From assembly GCA_040285855.1 (NCBI GenBank), contig JAUFOQ010000006.1, positions 1,364,001-1,428,000 of the forward strand: DNA of 64,000 bases, in the 5' to 3' direction. The translations under genes were made by a program, and so were the position numbers. The notes under the pieces were generated by a model, which saw nothing but the letters and a program-made list of their open reading frames with translations, ran no database searches and had not been told where the DNA came from. This document shows, one piece after another, positions 12,271-26,320 of the stretch. The stretch is from Eukaryota sp. GEM-RC1. Its lineage: Eukaryota. How positions within the stretch are numbered: the first letter of the stretch is position 1; the number at the start of each line of letters is the position of its first letter.

Positions 12271-15200
12271 CTAATTCTTCTTCTTCGGAGCAATTTTCAA
12301 AACCTCAAGTAACTGAAATCTCTTTTTACCAAAATCCTTACCCATCCAATCATCTGACGTCAGCAGCTCACTAACTGTATCACCAGTTTCATCATCAAAA
12401 TCATCACTAATTTCCATCAGCAAGTCTTTCAAAATCAATGCTTGGTACAATCTATCAACAGCTAGGCCTCTGACTTTAGGCATTGGATGACCAGTAAGAG
12501 ACACTAAAGTTAATAGACATGGCATAGAGACTTCGTTTTCAGACATTAAATGAGATAGAATAGTTGAAATAACCTCAAGTTTAGAAACATCCATTGATTT
12601 GGACATTTCAGATCGTACTAATTTAAATAGTTGTGAAATATCAAAATTTTCAGTGATGGGTGAGACTATTCCAGACTCAATGAAAACTTGACAACTTTTT
12701 AAAATGCAAAGAGAAAGTCGGGGTGACCGACATTCTAAGCTCCACATTTTCAAAAATTTATCAAATATTTCACGAATTTGATCTTTTGACAGCTTATTTA
12801 CAAACTTTTTAAATTCTTCAAAAGATTCTCTGCAAATATATTCGGTCTTCTCTCCAATTAATGCAACGGTTCCCCTCCAAATAGAAATAGAGACAGAATC
12901 ATTAGTTAAGAGAGGGAAAAAGGTAGCAAAACATTGAGAATCAGAATCAAAAGTTGTTGCTAAATTTGAAATAATTTCACAACTCGAATTTTTCAAATTT
13001 TGAAGTTCATTCAATGTTAAAGCGGCGGCGGTACGAACTCTTTTGTTCTTAGACAGGCATTGCTCTAGTACCAATGCAATAACATCAAGTTTCTCGGATT
13101 CAGAAAAATAGTTGAATATTTTAAAAATTGATTGCAAAGTAGATATTCTAACCCAGGAACCAACATCACCTCGATTATCCGTTTGATAATCTGTTAAACA
13201 AAGTTTAAATATTTCAAATATTTCACAGGATTTTTTTGAAAGGGAAATCACGTTAGCTAAAGTCTTGATTGCAATAGACCTGGTCTCAGCATCATCTTCA
13301 GTAGACACACTACAATTTTCTACTATAAACCTCCACAAATCATTCAAATGTTCACTTAAATACTGGCCTAACGAAGTCAACTGACCAAAAAAGTAAAGTA
13401 GACCATTCTGGGAATTAATCCTCAATTGCCACACGATTTCCCAATGACGTGTTGAGAATAGTGTCTGGTTTGTTAGGAAAAGATGGTGTATAACTGTTGA
13501 AAGGCTTAGTAGTAGAGAATTGTCATCTGAAGTCTTCATGTGGTCGATTGTCCAATCAAAAATGATTGAAAACGTGGATGAAGTGAGTGAGTGTGATGCT
13601 AATACTGCAAGATACTGACTAAAAGCGTGAAGAATTAGAGAATTTCTACCACAACCTTGGGAAACAAATAAGTTTTTAATAAATGTCGAAAGTTCTTCTG
13701 TCAAAAATTCAATAATTCCGAATTTGTTGAAAAAGAGGGTGTAATGACGTCAACAAAATTAAACTTCCATGTGGTTTTGAAATATTAAATTTGGACCCAG
13801 ATGAAACGTGTTTAACTGCGTGCTTAACCGCGTTTTGCACCATATCCATGTCTGAAACAGTCGATAATATTTTAAATATTGAGTCCGCCGCCAATTTTCT
13901 AATATTCTCATCCCAATGAAATATACGTTCCTCCAACAAATGAGAAAGAATAACATCTCTGTAATAATCAATTGCCAATTCAGGCGCCGCAATCAAATAC
14001 GAATGATTGACATTTCTGACCTTCACAAAATCAGCTGACGTGATGATCTCCAATCCATTCACAACACCAGCACACCTTCCAGCTAACTCTTGGAAACAAG
14101 CTGATCCTGCCCGTCTACATGAAACCTCACGGTCGAATAGAGAAACTAGGAGGAATGACTTGGACAGAGTGGGGAGAAACGGGGTTAAGTGTTTAGAATA
14201 CATTTTAGTCAGACACCAGAATACAAAGCAGGTGACGTCTCTGATTAATGACCCAATGAACTTTCCACTTTGGGGTTGATCAAAGAAGAGGAATTTGATC
14301 AGGAGGGAAATTAATGAAGGCAGATGAGACTCAAAGAGCAAACCTTTGCGAACAAGCTCAGCGATGGAGAGTAAATGTCCATGTAAGGTGTCTTGTTCAA
14401 CTAGCTTTGAATTATTTAAATAATCATACAATATTTGAAATATCATTTCTCTGGAATTATCAGATATTCTGGCTACTATCTGAGCTATTCCCTGAGCAGA
14501 AGTCCATCTAACTGAGGACATGGGAAAGGACAAAGATGACAGTAGAAAGGACAGACATTGACTAGGTCCTGTGGAGGCAGTGAGGTCAATGTGGTTTGTA
14601 GTAGTTTTGGCGGGGTCAAGAAGTAGCAGGCAGATTTGTTCAGTGAGTTGAACTAAAATTTTAAATATTAATGAATTGTTTTTAAATAGTGGCATTTGGA
14701 GGTCTGATAGCAGAGTCATGTAGATTAAGGTATCTGAGACATATGACGACACGCAGAAAGGATCTCCAAATTTAAAAAAAGTAATATAATGTTTGAATCA
14801 TTCCAGTAAAATAACTGACTGTGGAAGGACTGCAATCGAAGTTGATTGATGATGAGTAGAGATCTAGAGTAAGCTTTGAGTCGGGATCGTTGATTTTAAC
14901 CCAATCGAACATTAAATTTAGAATATTAAAATATTTCTCTCTCAAACTTTGGCAATCATTTCTGATTAGTAATCGCGCCAATCCCAAAGAGGAAGCTGCC
15001 ACATCCACGCTACTGGTGAGCCCCATTGAGAAGCAATCAAATAAATCACTTGAAATGTGATTGTTGACTGTCTGAAGGTCAAAAGGAGACAAGACTAATT
15101 CAGAAACCCACGTAATAGAGACCAACGTGACTTTCCAGAATTGATCATCTGATGACTCGAAAATAGAATTTGAATTTTTCAAAAGAAATAACAGAATTGA

Positions 15201-16130
15201 AATGAATTCAAAACTCCGAGGAAAGAAATCACAAAACGGTTGGTACTTTACAAGGGAATATAAACACGAGGAGTAATTCAAAATTTGTTTTTTAAATTTT
15301 GATAGATTGGAGGAATGAGTTGACAGTAAGGTCATGAAATTTTTGGATAAATTTTCAATTATTCTACCCGCAAAAGGAGTTAACAAAGGTAGATTATCTG
15401 CATACTTATCCACAATTTTTAAAAATTCGGAGACGGTCATTCGTGCTAAATTATCACTAACTCCTGCCAAATCCATCTCTGTAAGCTCTATTAATCGTGG
15501 ACCTTCCCTTTTCAAGTCATTCTCCAACTCAGACGAGATCACTGCCTCATCATCACACTCCAAAAGAGGCAAGTCCTGTGTCGATAGGTCACTAATCAAC
15601 CAATCAAGAGCTTCACTAATACCTTTCCCAGTCTTAGCTGAAACTGGAAAGACCCCCCACCTTCTATTGCTCAAAGCTTTTGCAATCTCGACCTCATCCA
15701 CCCCTAGTTCTTCCAAGACTTCTTCAGAAGTCAAAGCACCGGGAAGATCTTGTTTGTTAGCGAGGATTAGAAGTGTTGCTCCAATTAGACGTTCAGAGTG
15801 AAGAGCGGAAAGGAACTCAGAAGCACATTCGTCTATTCTACCAATGTCAAAGGAATCAACAACCCAAATAATGGCATCCGTGCGGTCAAAGTAAGTTCTC
15901 CAGTAAGAGCGGATGGTGGATTGTCCACCAATGTCCCAGATGTTGAGAGTGAGATTGTTGCGTTGTAGAGTGTGGATGTCAAACCCAAAGGTAGGGGACA
16001 TTGTAGAAGTGTCAAGATTCAAGATGTTCTTGACAACAGTGGTTTTGCCCGCAGAGTCAAGACCGAGCATAAGAGCTCGTTTTTCGTGGTCATCTACTCT
16101 AACCTGTCGGATAAGAGAAAGAAGAGTCAT
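12271..16130 (-). CDS. ARL2-TBCD: ARL2 small GTPase fused in frame to tubulin-folding cofactor D (TBCD); frameshifts near 14772 and 13709 lie within the TBCD part
   Basis: ARL2: MTLLSLIRQV..GLDSAGKTT..SPTFGF..WDIGGQSTIRSYWRTYFDRTD..ANKQD..SAKTG. No stop before TBCD motifs FLKIVDKYADNLPLL, VRWTSAQGIAQI, HGHLLSIAELVRKGLL, FDREVSCRRAGSACFQELAGR, DYQTDNRGDVGSWVR, HPMPKVR. Confidence 0.85.
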
Positions 16131-16211
16131 TGACTGAAAGATTTGGTATGGATTGACTTCAGTTGTCAATTTCTTAACTTCTTTTCTCCTACTTCTCTCA
16201 CTTATAATCTT

Positions 16212-17107
16212 ATGGCTCCTAAAAAGGCAAAGGAATCCACCAGGGTTGCTAAGAAAGAAGAAAAACGTATCATTGAGGACAAAACTTTCGGTCTTAAGAA
16301 CAAGAACAAATCTAAGAAAGTCCAGCAATATGTCCAGCAAGTAGAGACTCAAGTTAAACATAAGAACAAAAAGGTGCTCCTGTCAATCCTGACGCTGAAC
16401 GTGCTCGTAAGAAGAAGGAAAAGGAACAGCAGGCAGAAATGGATGCCCTACTTAATCAAGTTGTTGTCCAACCTAAGCCCAAATTTGGAGAGGAACTCTC
16501 AACAATGCAATGTGCTCAGTTTGCAGCAACTGGTTCGTGTCCTCGCGGTTCTAGGTGTAAGTTCTCTCATGACGCCAAGCCAAAGACTGACAAAATCAAC
16601 CTGTACGTTGACCAGCGAGTACAGATTGGCGCAGAAGTCAAGTTAGAAAAGATTACCACTGAAATTGTGTGTAAGCACTTCTTGGACGCAGTGGAGAGGA
16701 ATACTTATGGTTACAACTGGCGCTGTCCAACTGCCGGCAACGACTGTATCTACCGCCATTGTCTACCAGAAGGTTATGTTATTTCTGCTCATGCCGCTGC
16801 TCTTATGGATGATGAGGAAGAAAAGGAGCCCATGGAAATGATAATTGAAAGGGAACGGTCTCAGATCACAACTCATACTCCAGTTACTGATGAAACCTTC
16901 AAGGCTTGGAAGGAACGCAAACTAAAGGAGAAGGCTGAGAAGATCAAGGAGTCTGAGGAAGCTGCTGTGAGGAACCATGCTGCTGGTAAAAAGCAGCTCT
17001 GTTCTGGACGTCAGCTGTGGCAGTTTGACTCGACTCTCTTTGTTGATCAGGATGATAGTGATGACGAGTCTGAAGAGGAGGAACAGAATGATGATGATCA
17101 AAATTGA
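16212..17107 (+). CDS. ZC3H15: CCCH zinc finger protein ZC3H15/Tma46 (DFRP1); one frameshift at A-run ~16368-16372
   Basis: MAPKK..IEDKTFGLKNKNKSKKVQQY, CPRGSRCKFSH, EIVCKHFLDAVE..YGYNWRCP..CIYRHCLPEGY, TPVTDETFKAWK, SGRQL. Confidence 0.92.
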
Positions 17108-17264
17108 TTGATCTGTTGATTGTTTTTGACTGCCAGTATTTTGTTTTTTTTAAAAGTGTTGGCAGTGCGGTGCTTAGTGTTTTTAATTTATTTTCAGGAA
17201 TAAATTTGTTCTTTTAGATTCAAATCAGTTTTTGATTGAGATTAGTGCACTCAAACTAAATCTG

Positions 17265-17610
17265 TTCGGTACCCAAAATGATACCCTTCCTACAAAGAAA
17301 TGAATTTGTAAAACAAACCAACAATTCTAAGACTACTAGTAAATCCAAACAACATCATCCCTATCTGGTAAAAGATTATGTTTTTAACATTAACCTTCAC
17401 ACCAAACTTGTCGAAGTTTGTCAACTAATCGACAGAAATAGAAAGTCATACAAGTAAATTAATTCGATATATGGAAAACAAAATACGCTTTTTTCAGTCA
17501 GCCATTCTAAACTTACGCTTCGTTTTTTTTACACAGACTTTGCAGATCTTGAGGGTTGGAGTTGCATGACTAATCGATCCCAAAAGAAAAACAACAAAAG
17601 GTTGGAACAA
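17265..17610 (-). mobile_element. Degenerate 3' fragment of CRE-like family A
   Basis: Colinear with 27250-27580. Confidence 0.7.
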
Positions 17611-17755
17611 GTTACATGTTGTACATGATTTTCAAAAAACTTATAACTGACCAGAAATACAAACAAGTGACAAACAAACAGAGCTATACATTCATATATT
17701 CTTTTAAAAATTCTAAAAGAACCGCTAAACCAGAATAAAAAATAAAAACGATAAA

Positions 17756-19401
17756 TTAATGACAAATTGAACCTAAATACTGCGTCCTTATCCAATCAAA
17801 ATTGAATGAATCAGGATGCCCCTCACGTTTCCCATCAAATCCACTCGTACTCCAAGTAAAAGGCTTCATATTAGGGTTAGAATAGGTAGGCCCAGAAACA
17901 ATGTCCAATGAAAGATATCTCGGTGAACTAAATCTAGCAGTTTTAGCATCAATAGCACCGAAAGCTCTTGGGTTCTCCTTATCTAAATCGTATCTACTTG
18001 CAATAGCATTCTTAGGAGAACCAAGAGCAAAAGCGTCTGTTTCCCAGTTATTCTGACGAAGAAGTCGTTGGAAGTCTTCATAACTTGCCAGCGTGGCAGT
18101 GTCACGTCTAAAGATATTAGCTCTAGGACATTTATCATAGTCAAACTGATCACCAAACTTCTTCTTAAGTTCTGGATATCCAGCTCTATCGTACATTACT
18201 TTGGAGTGGGGAATGTTGTAGGAGGGCCAGTAGCCTTGTCTAGAGAGGATGTGAGTAACATCTTGAGTGAAGGTAGATCCAGGAAGTTGCTCAATGATGT
18301 AAAACGAATTAGGAAGGAGACCACGACCAGGAACGAATCCATTCAAGTCGACCACCATCCACTGATTGGAGTAAGTTCCACTATTGTACTGTTTAAATGC
18401 TTCTGTCCATTGATGTGGGGTTTCCGCCATTCTATTTGCAATCATGGATCTTGCCCATGTGAGAACGGTTTCTGGACTAATGTACTGGTAGAGAGCGGGG
18501 TCTGCTACGGAGATTGTGGTTTCAGCTACCCATAAACCATTGCCAAGGATGTAGGCGTCGTCCTTAGAGAAGAGGTATCCTGGCTTGGAGGTGAAAGCCA
18601 TTTTGCGATTCTTGGTGTACTTTGAATTGAGTCCTAAGTTGAAGGTCTTGTGGATACGGAGCATGGCCTGATAGTAGGTCCACGTGTTATGTGAGAGCCA
18701 AATGTCAGACTTGCTAGGGGAGATCTTAATGAGAGCGGAGCAGCTCTGGAATTCAAGAATTTTATCGAGAGATGAAGGAATGGTCGTTACATTGAGTGCA
18801 GGAAGAGTTTCATACAAGTCTCCTTCAGCAGTTTGAACTAACAAGTCCATGAAGGAGAGAGGCTTATCGGGATTGCCTTTGTTGTAACCTTCATGGAGAC
18901 CATCAAGTTGAGCATGAGTTAAACCAACTTGATACCAAAAGACGTCACTTTTTGCGTATCTTGATACCATGACCTGTTGCCAATCGTGCTAGAATGAGAT
19001 CCAGAAAGATGTACATACCATTTGGGAAAAGTGATCAACTAAAGCTCTTGGTGTTCCTTCTTCAAAACCTTCAGTGTGGTCCCACATGTTGTTATGATAC
19101 TGATAGATACGAGTGGCTGTAAGATAGCCTTCAAGCATGCCTGGAATAAGCACCGAATCGAACACAAACCAACAGCACGCATTTGATCTTTATCATCAAA
19201 CTTGGAATTTGACTCGACAGTGAGGAAACCCCAACCAGTGGTTGAGATAGAATCATTCCATTTAGCAAAAGCAACGGCTGAATCAGTACATATGAGAGAA
19301 TCAACAATGACAAGTTGGTCATTGTTTTGTACCACAGATGCATAATGAATTTGGCAGGAAGCCAGTGATAGAAGAACAAAAACAAGGAGGAGGAGATGCA
19401 T
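17756..19401 (-). CDS. Phospholipase B-like protein (PLBD family, Ntn hydrolase), 2 introns
   Basis: Signal peptide, TGWGFL, CSALIK, HNTW, YNSGTYSNQW, YWPSYNIP, PRANIFRRD, GAIDAK; removing introns 19141-19169 and 18989-19018 restores a continuous frame. Confidence 0.92.
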
Positions 19402-19652
19402 GTTAGTCAAAATGTGAGCAGAAGAAATGTCGCAAAAGTTGTCAGGTGAACTTCTCTGCAATTTATTTTTCAAATTAATAAATACAGTAGCAATGTCTGA
19501 TTAACAATAAGAAAGTAATTTCCCACAGTATATCAGAAGACAATGATATTGGTTAGTAAAGAGAGTCAACAGTAACAGTATTACTGTCCGTGTTTTGGGA
19601 AAGTCGGAATTTTCACTTTCAGTTCAGACTAAACCTTCAAACACCAACTTAA

Positions 19653-20069
19653 ATGGCCGACTTCGAACAAAAGCTTAATGAACTTAAAACGCTTCAGGAT
19701 GGTTTGTCTTGTACCATCCTTCTTGGTTAACATTAGAGGCATCTACTTTGTATTCTACTCGAACAAAATACGTTGGTCAACTGACAGAAAATGAGATGGT
19801 CTTAGAGGAACTTGAACTTCTTGGTGGTGATGAAGACAGTAAAGTATATAAGCTCGCTGGACCAGTTCTTCTCCCACAAGATCTCGAAGAGTCAAAAGCA
19901 ATGGTCACTAGTCGTATTGGTTTTATGAAAAGAGAATTGTATGTTGTTATGTGTTACTTATGGTAGATCGACTATCGAATCGAAGCTTGAAGAGTTCAGT
20001 GAAAAAGAACGTAAATTGACTATGTATTTGCAGGAAGTTCAGAGTCGTCAAACTCAGAAAGCGAAATAA
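19653..20069 (+). CDS. PFDN6: Prefoldin subunit 6, 2 introns
   Basis: QLTENEMVLEELELL..VYKLAGPVLLPQDLEESK; introns 19702-19736 and 19939-19966. Confidence 0.9.
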
Positions 20070-20168
20070 TGGTGAAATAAATCAGATGATATCAAGAACG
20101 TTTATAACAATTCTTAATGAGGATGGATGGTGATTGCAAACAAAAATACTAGCGGATGGGATATACGA

Positions 20169-20355
20169 TTAGAATCCTAACTTGGTTCTTCTCCAATGAC
20201 GACGGAGGGCGTTGTATCTGATGGTGAGATGAGGTTAAGAAGACAAACCTGATAGTGTTATCGCTTCTCATACGGATCCAGTTGGGGATGGGACGATTTT
20301 GCTTGCGGGCTTTGGCCATTTTGGCTTTGATCTTGAAAGACTTAACTGCTGACAT
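20169..20355 (-). CDS. RPL39: 60S ribosomal protein L39, 1 intron
   Basis: [36 protein letters not shown] + [15 protein letters not shown] after removing intron 20218-20248. Confidence 0.96.
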
Positions 20356-21064
20356 GGAGAATGAATGGCGAGAAAAGGCTTTTTTTCTTTTTTTACAACA
20401 TTCCATGATTAACACTTCTGATCAGTGAACTGCTTATAGTGATCTATCTCAGCTATTGACAGAGACGCCGAGCAGAGCTTCTGTATGTCTTACGTCTTCC
20501 GAAACGCAAGTCTTCATTCTAACATTTCTTGACTTTTCACAGACAGAAGGTGTTCGTGTCTTCTGAATGTAAAGGACAAGAAGTGAGTGGATGAAACAAA
20601 TGTCCAATGTCTGATTGCTGCTGGATAACCTTGCTGTTCAGTATCGGACATTGAACATGTTTTACCTTAAAGCCCTCGCCTATTTGAGGTGCAATTTTTG
20701 ACATAGAGAACGACGAAATTGTTGTTTCAACTCAATTATCATCATATATGCGCCACATATTGCAAAGACGTGTCTGTGTGTAGGTTTTAACACTAAAGCA
20801 AATCTTTATTTCCAAGAGTTTTGATTTTTGACATGTACAGATACATTTATGGTGATGTTTTATTAGTGTTACACAACAGGGTTTATGATCAATACAGTGA
20901 AATATTGCATTTGTAAGAATAACATACGCTAACTAAAGAATCAGAACTATGATCCTTCAATTCACATGTATTAATACAATGTATCTAAAATCGAATTAAA
21001 CTATTCAACGAAACAGTGCAAACGTTAACCTACTCAACCAGAAATTTATGTTTGATAGTTATTG

Positions 21065-22865
21065 ATAGCGATTAATGATGGGTTTGCATAACATCCATAC
21101 TTTTTCTTACAATTAGAATTTCCAACTGTTAAAATTTGTGCTTATGCTGATGATTCTTCGCTGATCGCTCCAGTTGACGTTCTCAAAAAGTGTTTTTCAC
21201 GTTTCATCGAACTTTCTTTGAGTATTGGTTTAACAATTAATTTTGATAAGTGTTTTCTTGTTGTTAAGTCTTCGAATGTTTCTAATCTTGGTTTTTGTAA
21301 TATTCCTATCATCGATTATTCTACTCCAATGTTTTCGTTTCCTTGGCACGTTTTTGGGAAATTATGAGAAAATTCATTCAGAATTGGAGAGTTCATTAAC
21401 TACAATTGAAGAAAAACTAAATCAAATATTATCTTTAGATGTGAGCAAACATGTTTCCTTTGCTATGCTTCAGGTCTGTTTTTCCGGGAAAATTAATCAT
21501 TTTTTACGTTCATTAGACTATTCCCTTACTGAAACATTTGCCAAGAAATTTAATTCTATTAGAACAAATTTTCTCTCTAACTTGGCTGAAATTGATGAGT
21601 CTAAGATTCCATTTCATGCTTTTTATTCTTCTGAATTCGCAGGAGTAGGTTTCACCCATGCAAAAATCATTAGAAAATCTGCTCTTTTAGGAGGTGTTAA
21701 GAATTTTATGTTTGAATTTTTGAAACGGTTTCCCTTGGATGGAATCAATCTGTTGAATTCCAGTAATTGCCGTTGGATTCAATCTGCTAAAGATTTGTTA
21801 TCATCTTTGTCTCCTGAAATGTGGGAATCTTTGTTCCCTGTTCATTTGAAGGAGACTCCTTTAAAAATATTTCATCTCTACCATCTGCTGTATGTAAGCT
21901 GCAAAATAAATTGACAAGGAGTTTGAACTCTTGGACTTTAATAATCGTATTAGCTTGGCTAAAACTAATAGTCCCGAGTTCGCTGCTTTTTTAATCGATC
22001 TTTGTAATAGTGGACCTTCTGGATTTATTTCTCAAATTCCAAAGGTGTATGGATTACATCTATCTGATGAAGCTTGGATGATCAATATGCGTCTTCGTTT
22101 GGCTATTTGGCCTGCAAATTTATTAAACTATTCAACGTGCTCTTGTGGAGCTAATGGTGTTTTTCGTCATTTAATTAATTGTTGTTATTTTATTCATCTC
22201 CGTGCAGTAATTCATGATGGTGTACGTGATTCTTGTTATTCCATGTTTAAAGCACATGGTTTTCACTCTAAAGTTGAACCAGTTTTGAATCATCTTTCAG
22301 AAAATGAATTTACTGATCAAAAACGAGGGGATCTACATACTCCGTGGCTTAAATCGAGTCAAGCATTAATGGATTTTACTACAGTAGATGTATGTAACAA
22401 ATCTTGTGTTAGTAGGATATTAGATTCTTCTTTTAATCCATTAACAGCAGCTGAAAAGCTCAAACACATCAAGTATGACTCTCAAGTAGAAGAATTAAAT
22501 AGAAACTCATATTCCAAATTTGTGTTTCAACCTTTTGCTGTTTCTCTTTTTGGATCTATTAGTCCTGCTGGTGATCAATTTTTCAAGGATTTCGAAGAAT
22601 TGTGTAAAGAAAAGAAGCGTAAGTTTAGAATGGCTGAATGGAAAAACCGTATAGTGTTTTCCATATATCGGAATATGCCTTTCTATTTCTCTAGATTAAT
22701 TGAGAAATTGTACAAGTTTGGTGTGAAGGTTCATGTAGATAAACGTAATCTTTTACCGGGTGGTGATGAAGTCGTTTGGATTTAATCTTAGTATTATTTG
22801 TTTGTTTTTACAATTTCATAGTTTGTAGAAAGGTTACCTTATTGGGTGCCGAATAAACATCTCTC
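21065..22865 (+). mobile_element. 5'-truncated CRE/NeSL-type non-LTR retrotransposon (family A; RT + CCHC + RLE), longest copy in window
   Basis: RT YADD (~21146-21157), GLTINFDKC, FRFLG; CSCGANGVFRHLINC; RLE motifs IHDGVRD, KVEP, KRGDL, DFTTVD, AEKLKHIKY, FQPFAVSLFG; 3' end AATAAACATCTCTC. Confidence 0.9.
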
Positions 22866-23446
22866 CATACTAGAATGCATCCGTATGGCGAGGCTACTTT
22901 ACCCATATATGAGTACGAATTTGTAAATACGAAGCCGAAACTAGAAGACTAAATCCAAACTCCATCATGATTGATAAAGAAAAACCGAACTTGCTTATGG
23001 ACGCTAGCGTAATGTTTCACACGAAGGAAAACAGGGTCTTAAATACAATGAGAGCACGGACTCGCAGATTGGTGTTCTTTCGCAACTAAAATGCTTCAGT
23101 GAAAAACTTGCTAACTACATTGTAACGAAAGAAGAACAGATCATCGTCGGTGTACAGTTGTTGAAATAGAAACCAATTCAGCCGTTAAGAAGCAAACGAA
23201 CATCTTCCGTAACAAGAAACATAGTTCCAAGTCACATGTCAAAATTGCAGCAACTTAACAAAGGTCCTCATCATTGGCCATGGTGTTGTCTTAGTTTGAA
23301 AAGACAAATGAACGTATTACCTATAGAAATAATCCTGATAGAGTAAAGTCGCTCTATGAAACGATGGAGAAAGAGCCATTTAAGTGTGAAATTGGAATTT
23401 TTCACTGCAGAATCAGCGTGCGAATGGTTGAGTTTGTTGAGTTGTA

Positions 23447-25077
23447 TACGTACCGAGGAAATACAGATACACTGTATCCTGTATTTGTATTCTGTATTTG
23501 TATATGTATCCTAACATTGATTTGTATCGAGTATTCTGTATTTTGTGTATTTTCTTCAAACGCTTCAATTGAAACCAACAAAGGAGCTCCCACCAGTCTA
23601 TTGCAATAATAAACAGCGTCCACAAATTTGATTCAAGGATCAAAAGACATCAGTTGTGTATCCAACTCGAAATTGTTAGATGAGCAAACACAATACTGTA
23701 GTACAATGTATATGTTTTTTCCATATTCCTCAATGTATGTACGTTCTTTCCAATCATCTTTCTGATGTTAAAGCAACGTCTTCTTTGTTATTCGAAAAAC
23801 TTCTTTTCCCTTTATAATGAGGTTTCCCTCCTTCTTTAAGATACTCTTCGGTACACAGAAACAGCCACAATGGTGATAACTGAGTTTTGAAGTAATTTAC
23901 ATCCTTAGATTGTAATGATCCATTAAAATAGATATATAAGTGATACCATAGAAAGAAAAGATCTTAATAAATACAATATAAGGACTTCAATGGCTGCACT
24001 AACATATGTTTAACTAATCGAGAGAAATAGAAACACATATTCCTATAAATTCAAATGTGTTCTGAGTACGGTAAAGTTTTCAATCAAAATTTTTGGTTGA
24101 GTGGGTTAACGTTTGCGTTGTTTCGTTCAATGCACCGATATTTTAATTCTAATTTAGGTAAGTTGTTCGGTTATGGACAGAAGCATCATAGTTTAGATAC
24201 TTTAGTTAGTGTCTGTTAGATATTATCTTCTGCAAATGCATTTATTTCACTGACTGATCATAAATCCCCTTTTTTTTAAATGGAAAACACAATAGGCTTC
24301 TTTCACTCAGATACTCTAAACTTACGCTTCTTTTCTTTACACAGTTCTTCAAAATCCTTGTAAAATTGTTCACCAGCAGGACTAATCGATCCAAAAATAG
24401 ACACAACAAAAGGTTGGAACCAAATTTGGAATACATGTGAAAAAATCATACCTGGGCATGACAACAAATTGAATTTGGTCATGGTGTCATGACACTCCAT
24501 GACATGACAAACATGACAAGCAACCACTATTTCCAATATGTATTGATAGTTATTCAACAACAGTCTACATGTATGAATATTCTTTTTTTTTCTTCATTTC
24601 CACAATTTGTCAGTTTGTATTCTGCTAAGAACCTCACTGAATAATCTTGTTGCACCAGCACGAGTTTGCGGTTCATTTGTTGTGATATAATTACATCATC
24701 ATCATTTTATATGTCATTTAAACTAAAGATTTTGCATATATACTAGGAATATCAGATAATGTCAGACTGTAACTGAGAAAAAAGGAAGAGAGGTTGTGTG
24801 GACAATGTCGGGCGACAGACGGTTCATTTGTTTCAGGTGTATTCGCAGCAATTAATTATCTCTAAATGATATGTCATAACACTTCACAAAAAAACACAAT
24901 GACGTCATGACGTCATGATGTCATGCCCAGGTATGGAAAAAATGTATGTTTAACTGTGTTTATGAAATACAAACTTGTATAACAACAATCAGAAGTACAA
25001 TGCTACGTCAACAGCAGAATTTTGTGATCAATGATGTCTCTGTATCTGTAAACATTTCATGTATTTCCTAGGTATAA
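23447..25077. mobile_element. Non-autonomous hAT-like element, older copy of 26321..28557
   Basis: Colinear with 26321-27200; ends (T)ACCGAGGAAATACA / TGTATTTCCTAGGTATA; TSD not recognisable. Confidence 0.7.
24447..24935. mobile_element. hAT-like MITE nested in 23447..25077
   Basis: Perfect TIR CATACCTGGGCATGAC; perfect TSD GAAAAAAT 24439-24446 / 24936-24943; CATGAC subterminal repeats; empty site at ~27071-27100. Confidence 0.92.
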
Positions 25078-25759
25078 CTCATATGTATGTATTGCTGATT
25101 TCCCACTGAAAGACTGGGTACAACAAACTAAAATTGATCAACTCTTATCATCAGTTGTTGCAATCGATTGATGATCGTAATTCAACCACTGGAATCAATA
25201 AACGTCATATGTGGTACATTTTAGACCAATACATGTATGTAACTCACTATAAGAGGCATCCATCCGTAATTATGCCTTTCCCTATCATGGTCCATTTGAT
25301 AGTTTTCTCCAGCTGTGCTATGTACAGTACATATAGTAAAAAAAACAAAGAGGGTTTTGTTAGAAAAACGAATTTAATACAATTTGCGAAATACAAAAAC
25401 CAGAAGACTTCTGGACAAATCTACATACATTAGGAATGATTACATTAGGAATGACACATCCTCAGGTACTAAACACATCGCCCAACATAGTATCGAGTTC
25501 CACACAAGTGAATTCAATTGAATGAAAATAAAACAGAAAAAGAAGCGGTACGAATATACTCGTGATTAACTTCCACGTGATTATCAATAATGAAATACCA
25601 TCAGTGAAGCATTCGTTCGATAGAAGATTCGAATACAATGACGTTGATTATCAAAAGTTTTCCCCAATTTTAGCTAAGCCATAGAATGAAAGGTTTGATG
25701 ACGTGATGTTCTAACTCTGAGAGAAAAATGATGTAATTTTGGTCTGCCTCGGTGATTGT

Positions 25760-26278
25760 TTAACCTGTTGAGGGGGGAGGGGGATGATCTTGTTTACTAC
25801 GTGATTTTGCCGTCATACTATCAGGTAACTTCCTAACGGGGAAATACTCAGTGACTTGATGTAGATGTTGTGGTTTAGGTAGAATGGAATACAGCGCTTC
25901 CCGAACTCTATGACCTTGAGAGATCGAATCGAGTATCCACTGCCCAGTGATAAAGTGGATTTTGGTCATTCTTCCAGGACCAGCGCGTTGAAGTGCGTTT
26001 TTCATTTTACTATAACAGAGTTGTGCTGCTATGATATGTGTAACTTTTTTAGAAGGATGTGGGGTTACTAAGGCACCATAGGCTTGGGCAAGGCGACTTA
26101 GATGTAAAGCGCCAACATCGCAACCAGTTCTTCCGTTAAAGTATATTACAGTTGAGGAGAGTAGAGAGGAGATGACATGTGCTTTTTGTTGCTCTAGTTT
26201 AGCTAATCGACGATCCCAGTATTCTTTACTGTGTTGACAACGTCGTTCACCCGAAGAAGATGGTCCATGACGAGTCAT
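25760..26278 (-). CDS. BRCT-domain protein resembling the REV1 N-terminal BRCT
   Basis: YWDRRLAKLEQQ, VIYFNGRT, YGA..KVTHIIA.QL..SK, ITGQWILDSI..G. Confidence 0.78.
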   Translation of the reverse strand: MTRHGPSSSGERRCQHSKEYWDRRLAKLEQQKAHVISSLLSSTVIYFNGRTGCDVGALHLSRLAQAYGALVTPHPSKKVTHIIAAQLCYSKMKNALQRAGPGRMTKIHFITGQWILDSISQGHRVREALYSILPKPQHLHQVTEYFPVRKLPDSMTAKSRSKQDHPPPPSTG

Positions 26279-26320
26279 TAGTTAGTAGGTTGTTTTCAGA
26301 GATGAATTGAATACTAAATC

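Noticed and set aside
16131..16361. 77-aa N-terminal extension of ARL2 in the ORF track
   Set aside because: It is the antisense of ZC3H15; ARL2 homology starts at ATG 16130.
22870..23400. Possible decayed DDE transposase
   Set aside because: No sustained reading frame or convincing catalytic motif.
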